A stretch of 55,284 bases of DNA from Campylobacteraceae bacterium (GCA_031257555.1 JAIROK010000131.1:1-55284), one strand, 5' to 3'. Positions 38,975 to 47,999 are shown, numbered from the stretch's first letter. Program-made: numbers and translations. The notes: generated by a model not told the origin, from the sequence alone.

Positions 38975-39745
38975 TTAATTCAACTTCATAAAAGAATACT
39001 TTTCAAAATCAAAGTTTTTAGGATGTATTTTAAATTTTTGACATATTTTCCAAAAAATGTTATGCCCATTGATAAATACATTCGGCTCAACAATATCTTC
39101 GGTCATTTTTGCAATAATATTTTTTGATATAAAACCATTCGTAACTAATTCGCTGCCACCTTGCGTATAAGAATTAAGAATTTCCTCTTGTAATTTTAAA
39201 TTAATTGGTAATTGAAAAAATTCCGATTCTGGTCTATAGATTTCTGCAATAATATCTACTTTCAACAATAAAAAAAACTCTTTAAAATAATATGATGAAA
39301 TCTTAAAAGGACTTTGACCAACCATGTTACCTACCATAAATATTATTGCTGGTGGTAATTTTAAATTTATAGTTTTATAAGTCTTTTTAGTTGCTTTATC
39401 ATACTCTTTGTAGGGTTCATGAGTTATCATGCTTAATCTATCTAGAAAAGATTTCATTGCGCCATTGAACATCAAAGCATATAGCGGAGAAGCATAAAGT
39501 ACATAATTAGAATTAATTATTTTTTGATATATAGCATTAAAATCGTCTTTTATAATACAACTACCAATATTTTGATACCAACATGCAAAACATCCATTGC
39601 ATGTTTTATTAATTATTTCGCTTAAGAAAATATAATTTATAGAAACATCACTTGCGCTTTGCATTCCGCGCATAAAATAATCCAGAAATAATCCAGTTTT
39701 TCCATTTTTACCTTTTGGACTAGAATTTATAATTGTTATTTTCAT
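38975..39745 (-). CDS. iron-sulfur flavoprotein (Isf)-like FMN reductase
   Basis: 256 aa with MKITIINSSPKGKNGKT and CNGCFACWYQNIGSC (C49-x2-C52-x2-C55-x7-C63, nt 39557-39601). This is the compact 4Fe-4S motif described for Isf-family flavoproteins. It is followed by IIKDDF...YASPLY. Confidence 0.65.
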   Translation of the reverse strand: MKITIINSSPKGKNGKTGLFLDYFMRGMQSASDVSINYIFLSEIINKTCNGCFACWYQNIGSCIIKDDFNAIYQKIINSNYVLYASPLYALMFNGAMKSFLDRLSMITHEPYKEYDKATKKTYKTINLKLPPAIIFMVGNMVGQSPFKISSYYFKEFFLLLKVDIIAEIYRPESEFFQLPINLKLQEEILNSYTQGGSELVTNGFISKNIIAKMTEDIVEPNVFINGHNIFWKICQKFKIHPKNFDFEKYSFMKLN

Positions 39746-39976
39746 AGAGCTACTTTCTTATAATTTAATTGAAAAATTCCATTATTAATTATCTTAACCA
39801 CTTCATTTATTGCCATTCTTTATACTATTAAATAATATTATCTTAATATTTATATATTATACCATGTATAATTAACTTATATGAATATAATTTACAATTT
39901 ATTATGATATATTCTTTATATTTATCAATAATATAACTATTAATTTTCAGTTCTATAAATGCTTTATTTAAAACAA

Positions 39977-41110
39977 TCATGCAATTTCCACAATTGATGC
40001 AGCAAATACATTGCCCATGCCACTTCCTAATAATAATATATTTTTAATATTCATTTTTTTATCATAAGATAGAAAATTATGATCTAGTTCTGTTCTATTT
40101 TTAATTCCACGCACAAATCCACTTTTTGCATCTTTTAATGCAATATCTAATTCTACAATTGCATTTGATCCTAATGTATGTCCAATTTCAGGCTTATAAC
40201 TTGTTGCGATAAACTCTTTACCAAAACAATCTCTAATTGCATTACCTTCAGAGATAGAATTAGATTTACTTCCTGTTCCATGAGTTTTGATAAAAGATAT
40301 ATCACTTTTTAATATACCACTTGATTTTAATACCTCATTAATAACTTTTTTGTAACCATCACCATTTTTTGATTGCCCAAAAGGATTTTCAAACTTTTCC
40401 ATACCTAAAACAGTTTTATTCAAATACGCTATTGGAGTATTATTGGATACTTTTATTGATCTTTCATTCTCTATCAATACATAGCCAACGCCATGACCTA
40501 ATCTAAAACTATGATTTTGCGAATCAAAAGAACTTGGCTTTAAACCGCTTTTTTCATCTCTTTCAGATAAAGATGCATTTAACATACCAAATAGCTCTAA
40601 AACCAATGTATTTACTTGATCATCAATTCCAATAACCAAAACTCTATCGACAATATTATTTTTTATCAATAATTCTGCTTCAAAAAATGCTTTATAGCCA
40701 CTTACGCAAGCAGTAGCATCTGTAGTCAAATAATCATGCCAACCTAATTTATTAGCAATTTTTCCACTCAAAATATTTATTAACATAAAAAATGGGGTTT
40801 TAATATTATAATCTGGTTCAACATGGGACATAAGTCTACCAGAACCTGCCCATTCTGATGTCCCAGATGCAACAATAATAGCATTTCTTCCTTCTTTTAA
40901 TGCAAGTTCATTAAAAAAACTTACTTCCTCTAAATCAAAAAGTTCATTGTACATATTTTCACATGTATACCTATATCCAAACTTTATACCATCTAAAAAA
41001 GATGGTATAAAGTTGACATACTGAGGATATCTTTCACCTCTAATACATGTATTTGTTGTATACAAAGCTTTGGTACGAGTTATTGCCACCAAGGAATTGT
41101 TATCTTTCAT
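39977..41110 (-). CDS. divergent beta-ketoacyl synthase (KAS I/II-type thiolase fold)
   Basis: 377 aa with the active-site Cys in TDATACVSGYKAF and His residues in KTHGTGSKSNS and EIGHTLGSNA. It lacks the usual VVITGxG N-terminus. Confidence 0.8.
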   Translation of the reverse strand: MKDNNSLVAITRTKALYTTNTCIRGERYPQYVNFIPSFLDGIKFGYRYTCENMYNELFDLEEVSFFNELALKEGRNAIIVASGTSEWAGSGRLMSHVEPDYNIKTPFFMLINILSGKIANKLGWHDYLTTDATACVSGYKAFFEAELLIKNNIVDRVLVIGIDDQVNTLVLELFGMLNASLSERDEKSGLKPSSFDSQNHSFRLGHGVGYVLIENERSIKVSNNTPIAYLNKTVLGMEKFENPFGQSKNGDGYKKVINEVLKSSGILKSDISFIKTHGTGSKSNSISEGNAIRDCFGKEFIATSYKPEIGHTLGSNAIVELDIALKDAKSGFVRGIKNRTELDHNFLSYDKKMNIKNILLLGSGMGNVFAASIVEIA

Positions 41111-41396
41111 TGGCTATTTCTTTGCATGTTTTATATGTTGTTTTATTTTCTATCAAAAAATCAATAATTATTTTTATATTAGGATTTGGATCGGTAAGTT
41201 TTTCTTTGAAAACTTTATCATTTATTCCATATATTTCTCCTAGTTTTAAGAAAACCATAATAAAATCAAAACTATCTAAACCAGTATCTTTCAATTCTGA
41301 GTCTTCGCTGGTTAATTCTTTAAAATTACTCTTATCATAAATTTCCTCCTTAATTAAATAATTAATTACTGCCAATATTTCTTGTCTATTTTTCAT
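41100..41396 (-). CDS. acyl carrier protein (cluster-specific)
   Basis: 98 aa with a GLDSFDF phosphopantetheine-attachment motif (Ser42) at the start of helix II. It overlaps the KS gene by 11 nt. Confidence 0.8.
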   Translation of the reverse strand: MKNRQEILAVINYLIKEEIYDKSNFKELTSEDSELKDTGLDSFDFIMVFLKLGEIYGINDKVFKEKLTDPNPNIKIIIDFLIENKTTYKTCKEIANER

Positions 41397-41397
41397 A

Positions 41398-42285
41398 TTA
41401 ATTTACCTTTTTTATTTTTTTATTATAGTATTCAGAAAATTCATAAAATAAATCTCGCTTAGAAATTGGTAATTCACCAAAAATCTGAATTAAAGTTTCA
41501 TATTTGTCTTCTAAAACTTTTTTATATGTACTTGTTGTAAAAAACCTTGATACATCATTTGCGCCTTGAACAAAGTAATTACTAACTTCGGCCTGGTGAA
41601 TAAAATGGCTACTTATCACCGCATCTGTAAAATTTTTCCTATGAACATCTTTTGACTTAACCATTCTTGAAATTATTTTTATCCAAGCAGCTTTATGTTT
41701 TATTTCATCTTTTTTAATATTGATTATTATTTTTCTAAAATTATTACTTTCAATATGGCTTTCTATACTGCTATATAATTCAATATTAGTGATTTCACCC
41801 AAGAGATAAGACAGTAGTGATTCGTATGCGTTTTTGTAAAGAGTATTAGTTTCATACATTAGTTCATACAAATGATTGCCTGTTGCATTTTCTATGAAAC
41901 TTTTACCATTTTTTACCAAACTCGCTAATTCTTTTAAGATAAATCCATGTCTCATCTCTTCGTAAGTAATAGTACAGAAACCATATAAATTACTTTCATA
42001 AAAATCACATCCAAGCTCTTTTGGAAGTTTGCGAACTAAATCTTGATGTTGTATCGTAATTCCTATAGCAGAAAGCTCTCCATCTCCAATGCTATCAATC
42101 AATCTAACGATTTCTAGATCATTGTCCGTCAAATTATTTACTATGTCAACATAATCATAATTATTAACATCCCACTTATGATCACCAAGTTTTAGCGACT
42201 TTAATATGTCATATACGCCATGCACTTTTATCTCCTTAATTTTTATTAAACATTCAATTTTTGCTCTTATGGCTACAAAAAACAT
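41398..42285 (-). CDS. ferritin-like di-iron carboxylate protein (putative acyl-ACP desaturase/oxygenase-type enzyme)
   Basis: In 295-aa ORF numbering the ligand pattern is E70 ... E110-x2-H113 (YEEMRH, nt 41947-41961) ... E164 ... E194-x2-H197 (KDEIKH), the classical E/EXXH/E/EXXH pattern. The true start is probably GTG 42225 (AAGGAG 6 nt upstream), because ATG 42285 has no RBS. Confidence 0.55.
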   Translation of the reverse strand: MFFVAIRAKIECLIKIKEIKVHGVYDILKSLKLGDHKWDVNNYDYVDIVNNLTDNDLEIVRLIDSIGDGELSAIGITIQHQDLVRKLPKELGCDFYESNLYGFCTITYEEMRHGFILKELASLVKNGKSFIENATGNHLYELMYETNTLYKNAYESLLSYLLGEITNIELYSSIESHIESNNFRKIIINIKKDEIKHKAAWIKIISRMVKSKDVHRKNFTDAVISSHFIHQAEVSNYFVQGANDVSRFFTTSTYKKVLEDKYETLIQIFGELPISKRDLFYEFSEYYNKKIKKVN

Positions 42286-42353
42286 TGATTGAATTTTATT
42301 TAATTATAGATTTGTCATGTGAAACTAAACTCTTTAAAAATAAAATGATGTAT

Positions 42354-42366
42354 TATATATATATAT
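42354..42366. repeat. (TA)6 tract upstream of the di-iron/ACP/KS operon
   Basis: Read directly as tatatatatatat at 42354-42366, inside the 665-nt non-coding region. Confidence 0.85.
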
Positions 42367-42950
42367 TTATTATCAATTAATTAATTTTATTTGAGTCATA
42401 AATTTCATTAGTAAAAATTAAGTTTAACTATTATTTTTGAAGATTTTTATGAGTTCTATATTGTTTGTTATTGGAAGAATGAATCTGTTATTTTTACTAG
42501 AGTTAATAATGCAATGCATATATTTTATACTGCTAACTTATTGTAATTACAGCAATAACAATAGTACCATGTCGTGTAATTTCAATTTGCGATAACAAAA
42601 TCAAAAAATTTATAATTTTAAATTTTAAAACATTTCATATCACCCATATTTCGCTTACAATAATAAAGAAGAAAAATTGCAATAACAGACGATTGTGTTT
42701 ACAGAAATAAAAAATTTCAATTTATAGTTGAAAATTTGAAGTTTAGGAGTGCTACGTGTTATAAACTAACTATTTGTCTACACTTTGTCTATAATAAGCA
42801 AAAACAATTATTGCAGCATCTCCATAGAAAGCAGATTGTTTTGCTATATCTACAATGGTAAAAGATTTAACAGATTGTTCTTACTCTACTTATTAAAACC
42901 CACAATGACACATTGCCGTGCAAGATATAGAGATAAAAACTTATCTAAAG

Positions 42951-44135
42951 TTATTGTGATATAAGTTCGAGCGGATTTATATGATAATTTTGCTGAGTAA
43001 CTTCTAATGTCAAATCTCTCTCCACTCTGCCTATAACATACCCTTTTTTAATCTTCTCACCAGTTTGTATAGTAGGTGCTATTTTGGAAAGATGAGCATA
43101 GATAGTATGAATTCCGTTTGCATTTTCAACTATAACAACATTTTTAAGCAAAGATGTCTCTTTGGCAAAAATCACCTTACCGTCCAATATATTTTTAACC
43201 TCTTCATTGCTGACAACCGAGCGAAGCACAACAGATTCGTTAAATATTTTAATGCCATAAATCGGGTCTACATAATCTCCAAATTTCTGCTGCACGGTAA
43301 ACTTGTTAAGAGGCGCTATGGTTTTATCACCTTTATAGGTTTTAACTTTGCTTGCTTGATAAGATGAGCCGAGCTTTCTTGCATTCTCAAAATTTTCAGG
43401 TATGGTTATAGCGGTTGATTTTGTACTCTCTTCTTGCTGTAAAATCTTTAAATTTTCAAGAGTTTTTTTTAGCTCCATTTTCTCTTTTTGGATAGTCTGT
43501 ATACGCGCTACATAAGCATCTTGCTCTTTTTTTACATTTGTTATAAGTTTTGTTTTGCCGACTTTTAAATTTTCTAAATTCCTCTTTTTGACAGCCAGCT
43601 CATTTATGCTATTTTGGATATTATTTAACCTTTTTGATGAAGTTTTTATCTTTTCGCTTGCCTTTTCATACTTTAAAGAGTAATCCAAAAACTCCTTATT
43701 GGTAATTTTGCCAAGACTTCTTAAAGCTTCATTTAAAATAACACCATCGTAACTCTCCAAGTATTCGCCGTCAATTATTAAAAAATATGAAAAGTCTCTT
43801 GCTATCAAATCAGTAAGTTTGCTTTCTATCTCTTTTTGCTCTTTTAAAAGTTCCTTGTTACTTTTTTCAAGTTCGATAAGTTCGCCTTTTATATTATCTA
43901 CGATTAACTGCTGTTTTTCTATTTCTCCATTTAGCTTGTTTATTTGCAAATCGGTATCTTTTAGCAATTTCTCCTCTTTTTGGAGTGTTTTTGAGATATC
44001 ATTTAATTCACGAGTAAGTGTTTTTTCGAGTTGATTTTTACTTTCTAACTCTTTATTGCTGCCTGCAATATCAGACAAAGTATCAGCTTTTAAAAATATT
44101 AGTCCCATAAAAGCAAGGAGCAACAGATGCTTCAT
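42951..44135 (-). CDS. EnvC-like murein hydrolase activator (coiled coil + degenerate LytM/M23 domain)
   Basis: 394 aa with a signal peptide, about 230 aa of heptad-rich coiled coil and a C-terminal LytM fold (NGIHTIYAHLSKI, GYVIGRV). The HxxxD and HxH metal ligands are absent; DLTLEV occupies the position where HLHFE is expected. Confidence 0.8.
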   Translation of the reverse strand: MKHLLLLAFMGLIFLKADTLSDIAGSNKELESKNQLEKTLTRELNDISKTLQKEEKLLKDTDLQINKLNGEIEKQQLIVDNIKGELIELEKSNKELLKEQKEIESKLTDLIARDFSYFLIIDGEYLESYDGVILNEALRSLGKITNKEFLDYSLKYEKASEKIKTSSKRLNNIQNSINELAVKKRNLENLKVGKTKLITNVKKEQDAYVARIQTIQKEKMELKKTLENLKILQQEESTKSTAITIPENFENARKLGSSYQASKVKTYKGDKTIAPLNKFTVQQKFGDYVDPIYGIKIFNESVVLRSVVSNEEVKNILDGKVIFAKETSLLKNVVIVENANGIHTIYAHLSKIAPTIQTGEKIKKGYVIGRVERDLTLEVTQQNYHINPLELISQ

Positions 44136-44944
44136 TAAACTCTTCTAACTTTTGACATTGCAACAGTAGTTGAAAATATTGAGACAACAAGAGCAATAGC
44201 GAGCAAAACGGCACCGTTTTTATGCAAAATAAATTCCGGAGCACTTATACCAAGCTCTTCAAATACATTCTGGACAAATACAATCTTGTCGGCTAAAACA
44301 AAAATCGCTATCGTCAAAATAACAGCTACAAATGAATCTACTATGGCTGACTTATACAAAACGGCGCTTTTTGTCCAAAATGAAGCTCCAAATAAATTCA
44401 TTACAAATATTCTCTCCTGATGTTCATAAGTCCAAATCTGTGTCTGTTTTAATATCAAAAGAAGCGATGCTATAGCAGCAAAAACAACAAAAACAAAAAC
44501 TATAAAATTCATAAGCTTTAAAACGTAATATATTTTATTGTAAGTCTTTGCAAAAATCTCAACTTTTGTGATTGAACCTATCTTCAAAAGATCTTTTTTA
44601 AGAGAATTTGAGACATTTATACTTGGAAATTTATCTAATTTTAATGTGTAAAATTTTGGCATAGATTTTTGTAAAAGCTCTATATTTGAAAGTGAAACCT
44701 CATTTTTAAGACGGCTTAAAACCTCTGAAGTATCAAGCTCTGTGACGGACTTTATTATAGGTTTTTGCTCTAACAGTGCATCTGTGTCGAGTGCTTCGTT
44801 TGAAACTACTATAATAGAATAATCATCAGCAAGATATACTTCATAATTATATATAATTTGATTTATATAAATGATAAATTGAAAACTGCAAAGCAGTGTA
44901 AAAAGTGAAAAAATTACCGAAAAATGAGTTTTAAATAATTTCAT
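44135..44944 (-). CDS. ftsX: cell-division permease-like protein FtsX
   Basis: It has an N-terminal TM helix, a periplasmic loop and three C-terminal TM helices, and sits directly after ftsE. I place the start at ATG 44944 (GAGGG 9 nt upstream, 14-nt overlap with ftsE) rather than 44962. Confidence 0.8.
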   Translation of the reverse strand: MKLFKTHFSVIFSLFTLLCSFQFIIYINQIIYNYEVYLADDYSIIVVSNEALDTDALLEQKPIIKSVTELDTSEVLSRLKNEVSLSNIELLQKSMPKFYTLKLDKFPSINVSNSLKKDLLKIGSITKVEIFAKTYNKIYYVLKLMNFIVFVFVVFAAIASLLLILKQTQIWTYEHQERIFVMNLFGASFWTKSAVLYKSAIVDSFVAVILTIAIFVLADKIVFVQNVFEELGISAPEFILHKNGAVLLAIALVVSIFSTTVAMSKVRRV

Positions 44945-45599
44945 GTAAATAACCCTCATCAATAAAAAAATGTCTGTAGTTTATATTTATGGTTGATGGG
45001 ATATGATGAGTTACTACCACCACTGTCGTTCCTAAAAACTCTTTTGCACTGCGCAGTAAATTCCATATTACTTCACTTGAATAATCGTCTAAATTTCCTG
45101 TCGGTTCATCAGCCAAAATAAGCACAGGATTGTGAGCCAAAGCTCTTGCCATCGCGACTCTTTGCTGTTCTCCGCCACTAAGCTCTAACGGATATTTATT
45201 TGCTTTATGTAAAAGTTTGACATGTTTTAACAATTTTTGGGCTTGATTTACGCAGATAGCCTTTGAAAAACCATTTACAATTAGAGGCAGCATAACATTT
45301 TTTTCTATCGTCCATTCATTTATAAGCCTATAATCTTGAAAAACTATGCCTACGTGTCGTCTTAGCATATTTAGTTTTGAGATAGCAATATTTTTCATAT
45401 CTACCCCGCATACACTTAAGTTTCCGGAATCTACGTCTATCTCGCCGTAAAAAGATTTCAAAAGGGTGGACTTTCCGCTGCCGCTTTTACCGACAATAAA
45501 TACAAAATCTTTAGCATCTATAGATGTTGTAGCATCTGTAATGACAGGCTTTCCGCCATATCCTAAAGAGAGAGAATTTATATTTATTACGTTATTCAT
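44931..45599 (-). CDS. ftsE: cell-division ATP-binding protein FtsE
   Basis: 222 aa with Walker A GKSGSGKST, signature LSGGEQQR and Walker B ILADEPTGNLD. Confidence 0.88.
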   Translation of the reverse strand: MNNVININSLSLGYGGKPVITDATTSIDAKDFVFIVGKSGSGKSTLLKSFYGEIDVDSGNLSVCGVDMKNIAISKLNMLRRHVGIVFQDYRLINEWTIEKNVMLPLIVNGFSKAICVNQAQKLLKHVKLLHKANKYPLELSGGEQQRVAMARALAHNPVLILADEPTGNLDDYSSEVIWNLLRSAKEFLGTTVVVVTHHIPSTININYRHFFIDEGYLHEII

Positions 45600-46755
45600 T
45601 CAACCACTTTTCGATAATTTTATGCGCAACCATATTGGCGCTAAAAGCATAAACATTGTTTGGAAAATAACGCACGCTATTTTCATCTATGATAATAAAC
45701 AGATGTTCGGCGCGCTCATTTGCCCCAAATGCTGTTTTTATAACAGCCATTTTATTGCTATTCGCATGTAAAGTTTCAAAATGAACAAAAAATCCGTCAC
45801 CCAGAAAAAGTTTCGGATTAAAATTCTTTATAATTTTATCAATATTATAACAAAAAGTAAATTCTAATTTTGTGATTTTGTCAATTTTTTCATTTATCTT
45901 ATGATTTGTTAATACTATATCATATATATTTTTCCCGAGTTTTTTCCATCTGTCTTCGTATTTGCTGCTGATTTCCAGGTCAAAATTTTTATATATTCTA
46001 ACATCTGCGCTCTTTTGTTCTATAAAAGTTTTTAAGGTATAGTCAAAATACAGTTCGCTGTCTGTCCTAACCTCAAGCGTTCCGCCATCTTGTAAAATGC
46101 GTAAAGCCTCTTTTATAAAATATGGACTTATCACGCGGCGATGAGGCTTTTTATCCCACGGAACAGGAAAATGGACAAAAATCCTCTCAACGGAATTTGA
46201 TTGGAAAAATTCCATCAAAATCCTCGAGTCGTAATCAATCAAAATTACATTTTTTAACCCCAAAATATCACACTGTTTTGCAGCCTGTTCAAGAGATGGT
46301 TTATGTATCTCAATGCCTACTATAAGCTTATCGGGATTATTTTTAGCTTGATATAAAAGGTGTCTGCCGCTTCCAAAGCCAACCTCAAGATATATATTTT
46401 TTTTACCCGTAAAGAAATTCTTTGCAAAAAAATTCAAATCTTTAATAATAGAATTTTCTTTTTTTAATTTTGAAGATTTTATGTTGCTAAAAAGTATATT
46501 GCATTGTGCTTTTTTTGCATAAATTTCAAGAGCTTGCTGCAAAAACAGTACTTGTGAGGGACGAGAAATTTTTTCCGCTTTTACTATATGCTGTCCATCT
46601 TTTTTTGGCTTTATAGTAATAAAAAATTTGGATTTACTATTTTTGACCATTATATAATCTGAATTTTTAGAAGACACTTCCCATAAAAAATCATAGCCCC
46701 CATCGCTAAAAGGCAATGAGGGTTTGATAAATTTATCAGTAATAAAATTAGGCAT
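45592..46755 (-). CDS. trmB: tRNA (guanine-N7)-methyltransferase with long N-terminal extension
   Basis: 387 aa with the SAM motif LEVGFGSGRHL, plus IGIEIH and FPVPWDKKPHRRV (Methyltransf_4). The long form is as seen in Campylobacter/Helicobacter. Confidence 0.85.
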   Translation of the reverse strand: MPNFITDKFIKPSLPFSDGGYDFLWEVSSKNSDYIMVKNSKSKFFITIKPKKDGQHIVKAEKISRPSQVLFLQQALEIYAKKAQCNILFSNIKSSKLKKENSIIKDLNFFAKNFFTGKKNIYLEVGFGSGRHLLYQAKNNPDKLIVGIEIHKPSLEQAAKQCDILGLKNVILIDYDSRILMEFFQSNSVERIFVHFPVPWDKKPHRRVISPYFIKEALRILQDGGTLEVRTDSELYFDYTLKTFIEQKSADVRIYKNFDLEISSKYEDRWKKLGKNIYDIVLTNHKINEKIDKITKLEFTFCYNIDKIIKNFNPKLFLGDGFFVHFETLHANSNKMAVIKTAFGANERAEHLFIIIDENSVRYFPNNVYAFSANMVAHKIIEKWLNE

Positions 46756-46766
46756 AAGAGCAGAAC

Positions 46767-47999
46767 CTAATTTTTAGGAATCAACATAACAGCTTTTTCG
46801 CTTGATTTTGATACAAGTCCATTGTTGTCAACTGCAGCAACAGTATATGAATATTCTACTTCGCTTGTCACATTTTTATCTACAAATGTATTACCTGTAA
46901 TGTTTTTATATGTCAGAACAGAGCCTTTACTTGTGCGCACAACCTGATATTTCACTGCCCTTGAAGATGTATCTTTCCAACCTATCAAAATACTTCCGCC
47001 GTCATGTTTTATAACATTTATCGCAGGAGCAGACGGAGCTTCAAGCGTAGCACCCAACAACGGTACATTTTGCCTTGGCGATTCTAACCCGTCTTTATCG
47101 ACAACAGTTATATAATAATATCTTGAAGCTCCATCTTCTTGTATCGTATCCTCGTATGTTGTTTTATTTGTTTTTACTATACGACTATAAAACAGACTTA
47201 GTTTTGAAGCTCTATAAATATTATAATAACTAGCCTCCGGGTGAGATGACGGATCCCATGATATTGCTATTTTTTTAGGTAAATCTCGTGTAGCCTGAAG
47301 ATTTTCGATAACTGGAGGAAGCAGTTTTGTCTGCGCTTCTATAATCTGGCTTGGAAGAGATATGACCCCATCATAAGTCTTTGCTTTAACTCTATATCTG
47401 TATGTTTTACCATCTTTAAGCCCTGCATCTATGTATTCGGCGCTAAGCTTGCCATTTACAATTGATATTTGTTCCCATTTATTAGAGCCAATATCATTCC
47501 TTTCGACAATATAAGATGAAATTCTCTCGGAAGGGTGTGGTCTCCAGATAATTTTTATACGATTTGGCAAATTAGTCATTGCCCGCGCAAATGGAACCGG
47601 CTCTATCGTAGTTTTTGTATAAACTCTAATTGGTGCACTTGGCTCGGACTCTTGTTTGCTTTTGTCAAATGCGCTTATTTTATATATATAGCCCGTTTGC
47701 GGAGTTAGTTTTGTATCCACATAATGCGATACATATCTATCATCTATAACAGCGATTTTTTCAAACAAGCCACTATTATTATTGACCTCAGTTCTATATA
47801 TATTATAACCCTCTATTCTCAAATCATATATAGGCGACCACTCAAGACCAATCTCTGTTATGTCAGAAAGAGTTTTTAGTTCGTCTATTTTTGGAATTGA
47901 AGAATCTATGATCGGTCTTTTGGGACCATTAAAGCCCGCACAACCACTAATTAAAAAAATCAAAACGCATGTTAAGATTATCGACACAAATCGTTTCAT
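46767..47999 (-). CDS. flpA: fibronectin type III repeat lipoprotein (FlpA-like)
   Basis: The start is ATG 47999 (AGGAGA 6 nt upstream), giving 410 aa with a lipobox LISGC. Four FN3-like repeats are marked by EGYNIYR, SSYIVER, SYYNIYR and KYQVVR. It has the same neighbours (trmB, rluD) as C. jejuni Cj1279c. Confidence 0.78.
   Translation of the reverse strand: MKRFVSIILTCVLIFLISGCAGFNGPKRPIIDSSIPKIDELKTLSDITEIGLEWSPIYDLRIEGYNIYRTEVNNNSGLFEKIAVIDDRYVSHYVDTKLTPQTGYIYKISAFDKSKQESEPSAPIRVYTKTTIEPVPFARAMTNLPNRIKIIWRPHPSERISSYIVERNDIGSNKWEQISIVNGKLSAEYIDAGLKDGKTYRYRVKAKTYDGVISLPSQIIEAQTKLLPPVIENLQATRDLPKKIAISWDPSSHPEASYYNIYRASKLSLFYSRIVKTNKTTYEDTIQEDGASRYYYITVVDKDGLESPRQNVPLLGATLEAPSAPAINVIKHDGGSILIGWKDTSSRAVKYQVVRTSKGSVLTYKNITGNTFVDKNVTSEVEYSYTVAAVDNNGLVSKSSEKAVMLIPKN

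Noticed and set aside
42790-42897. A 36-codon open frame without a start codon near the envC-like gene, considered as a toxin/antitoxin or other small gene.
   Set aside because: It is bounded by stop codons immediately upstream and has no start or RBS. At most it is a decayed remnant, and it is mentioned only in the border finding.
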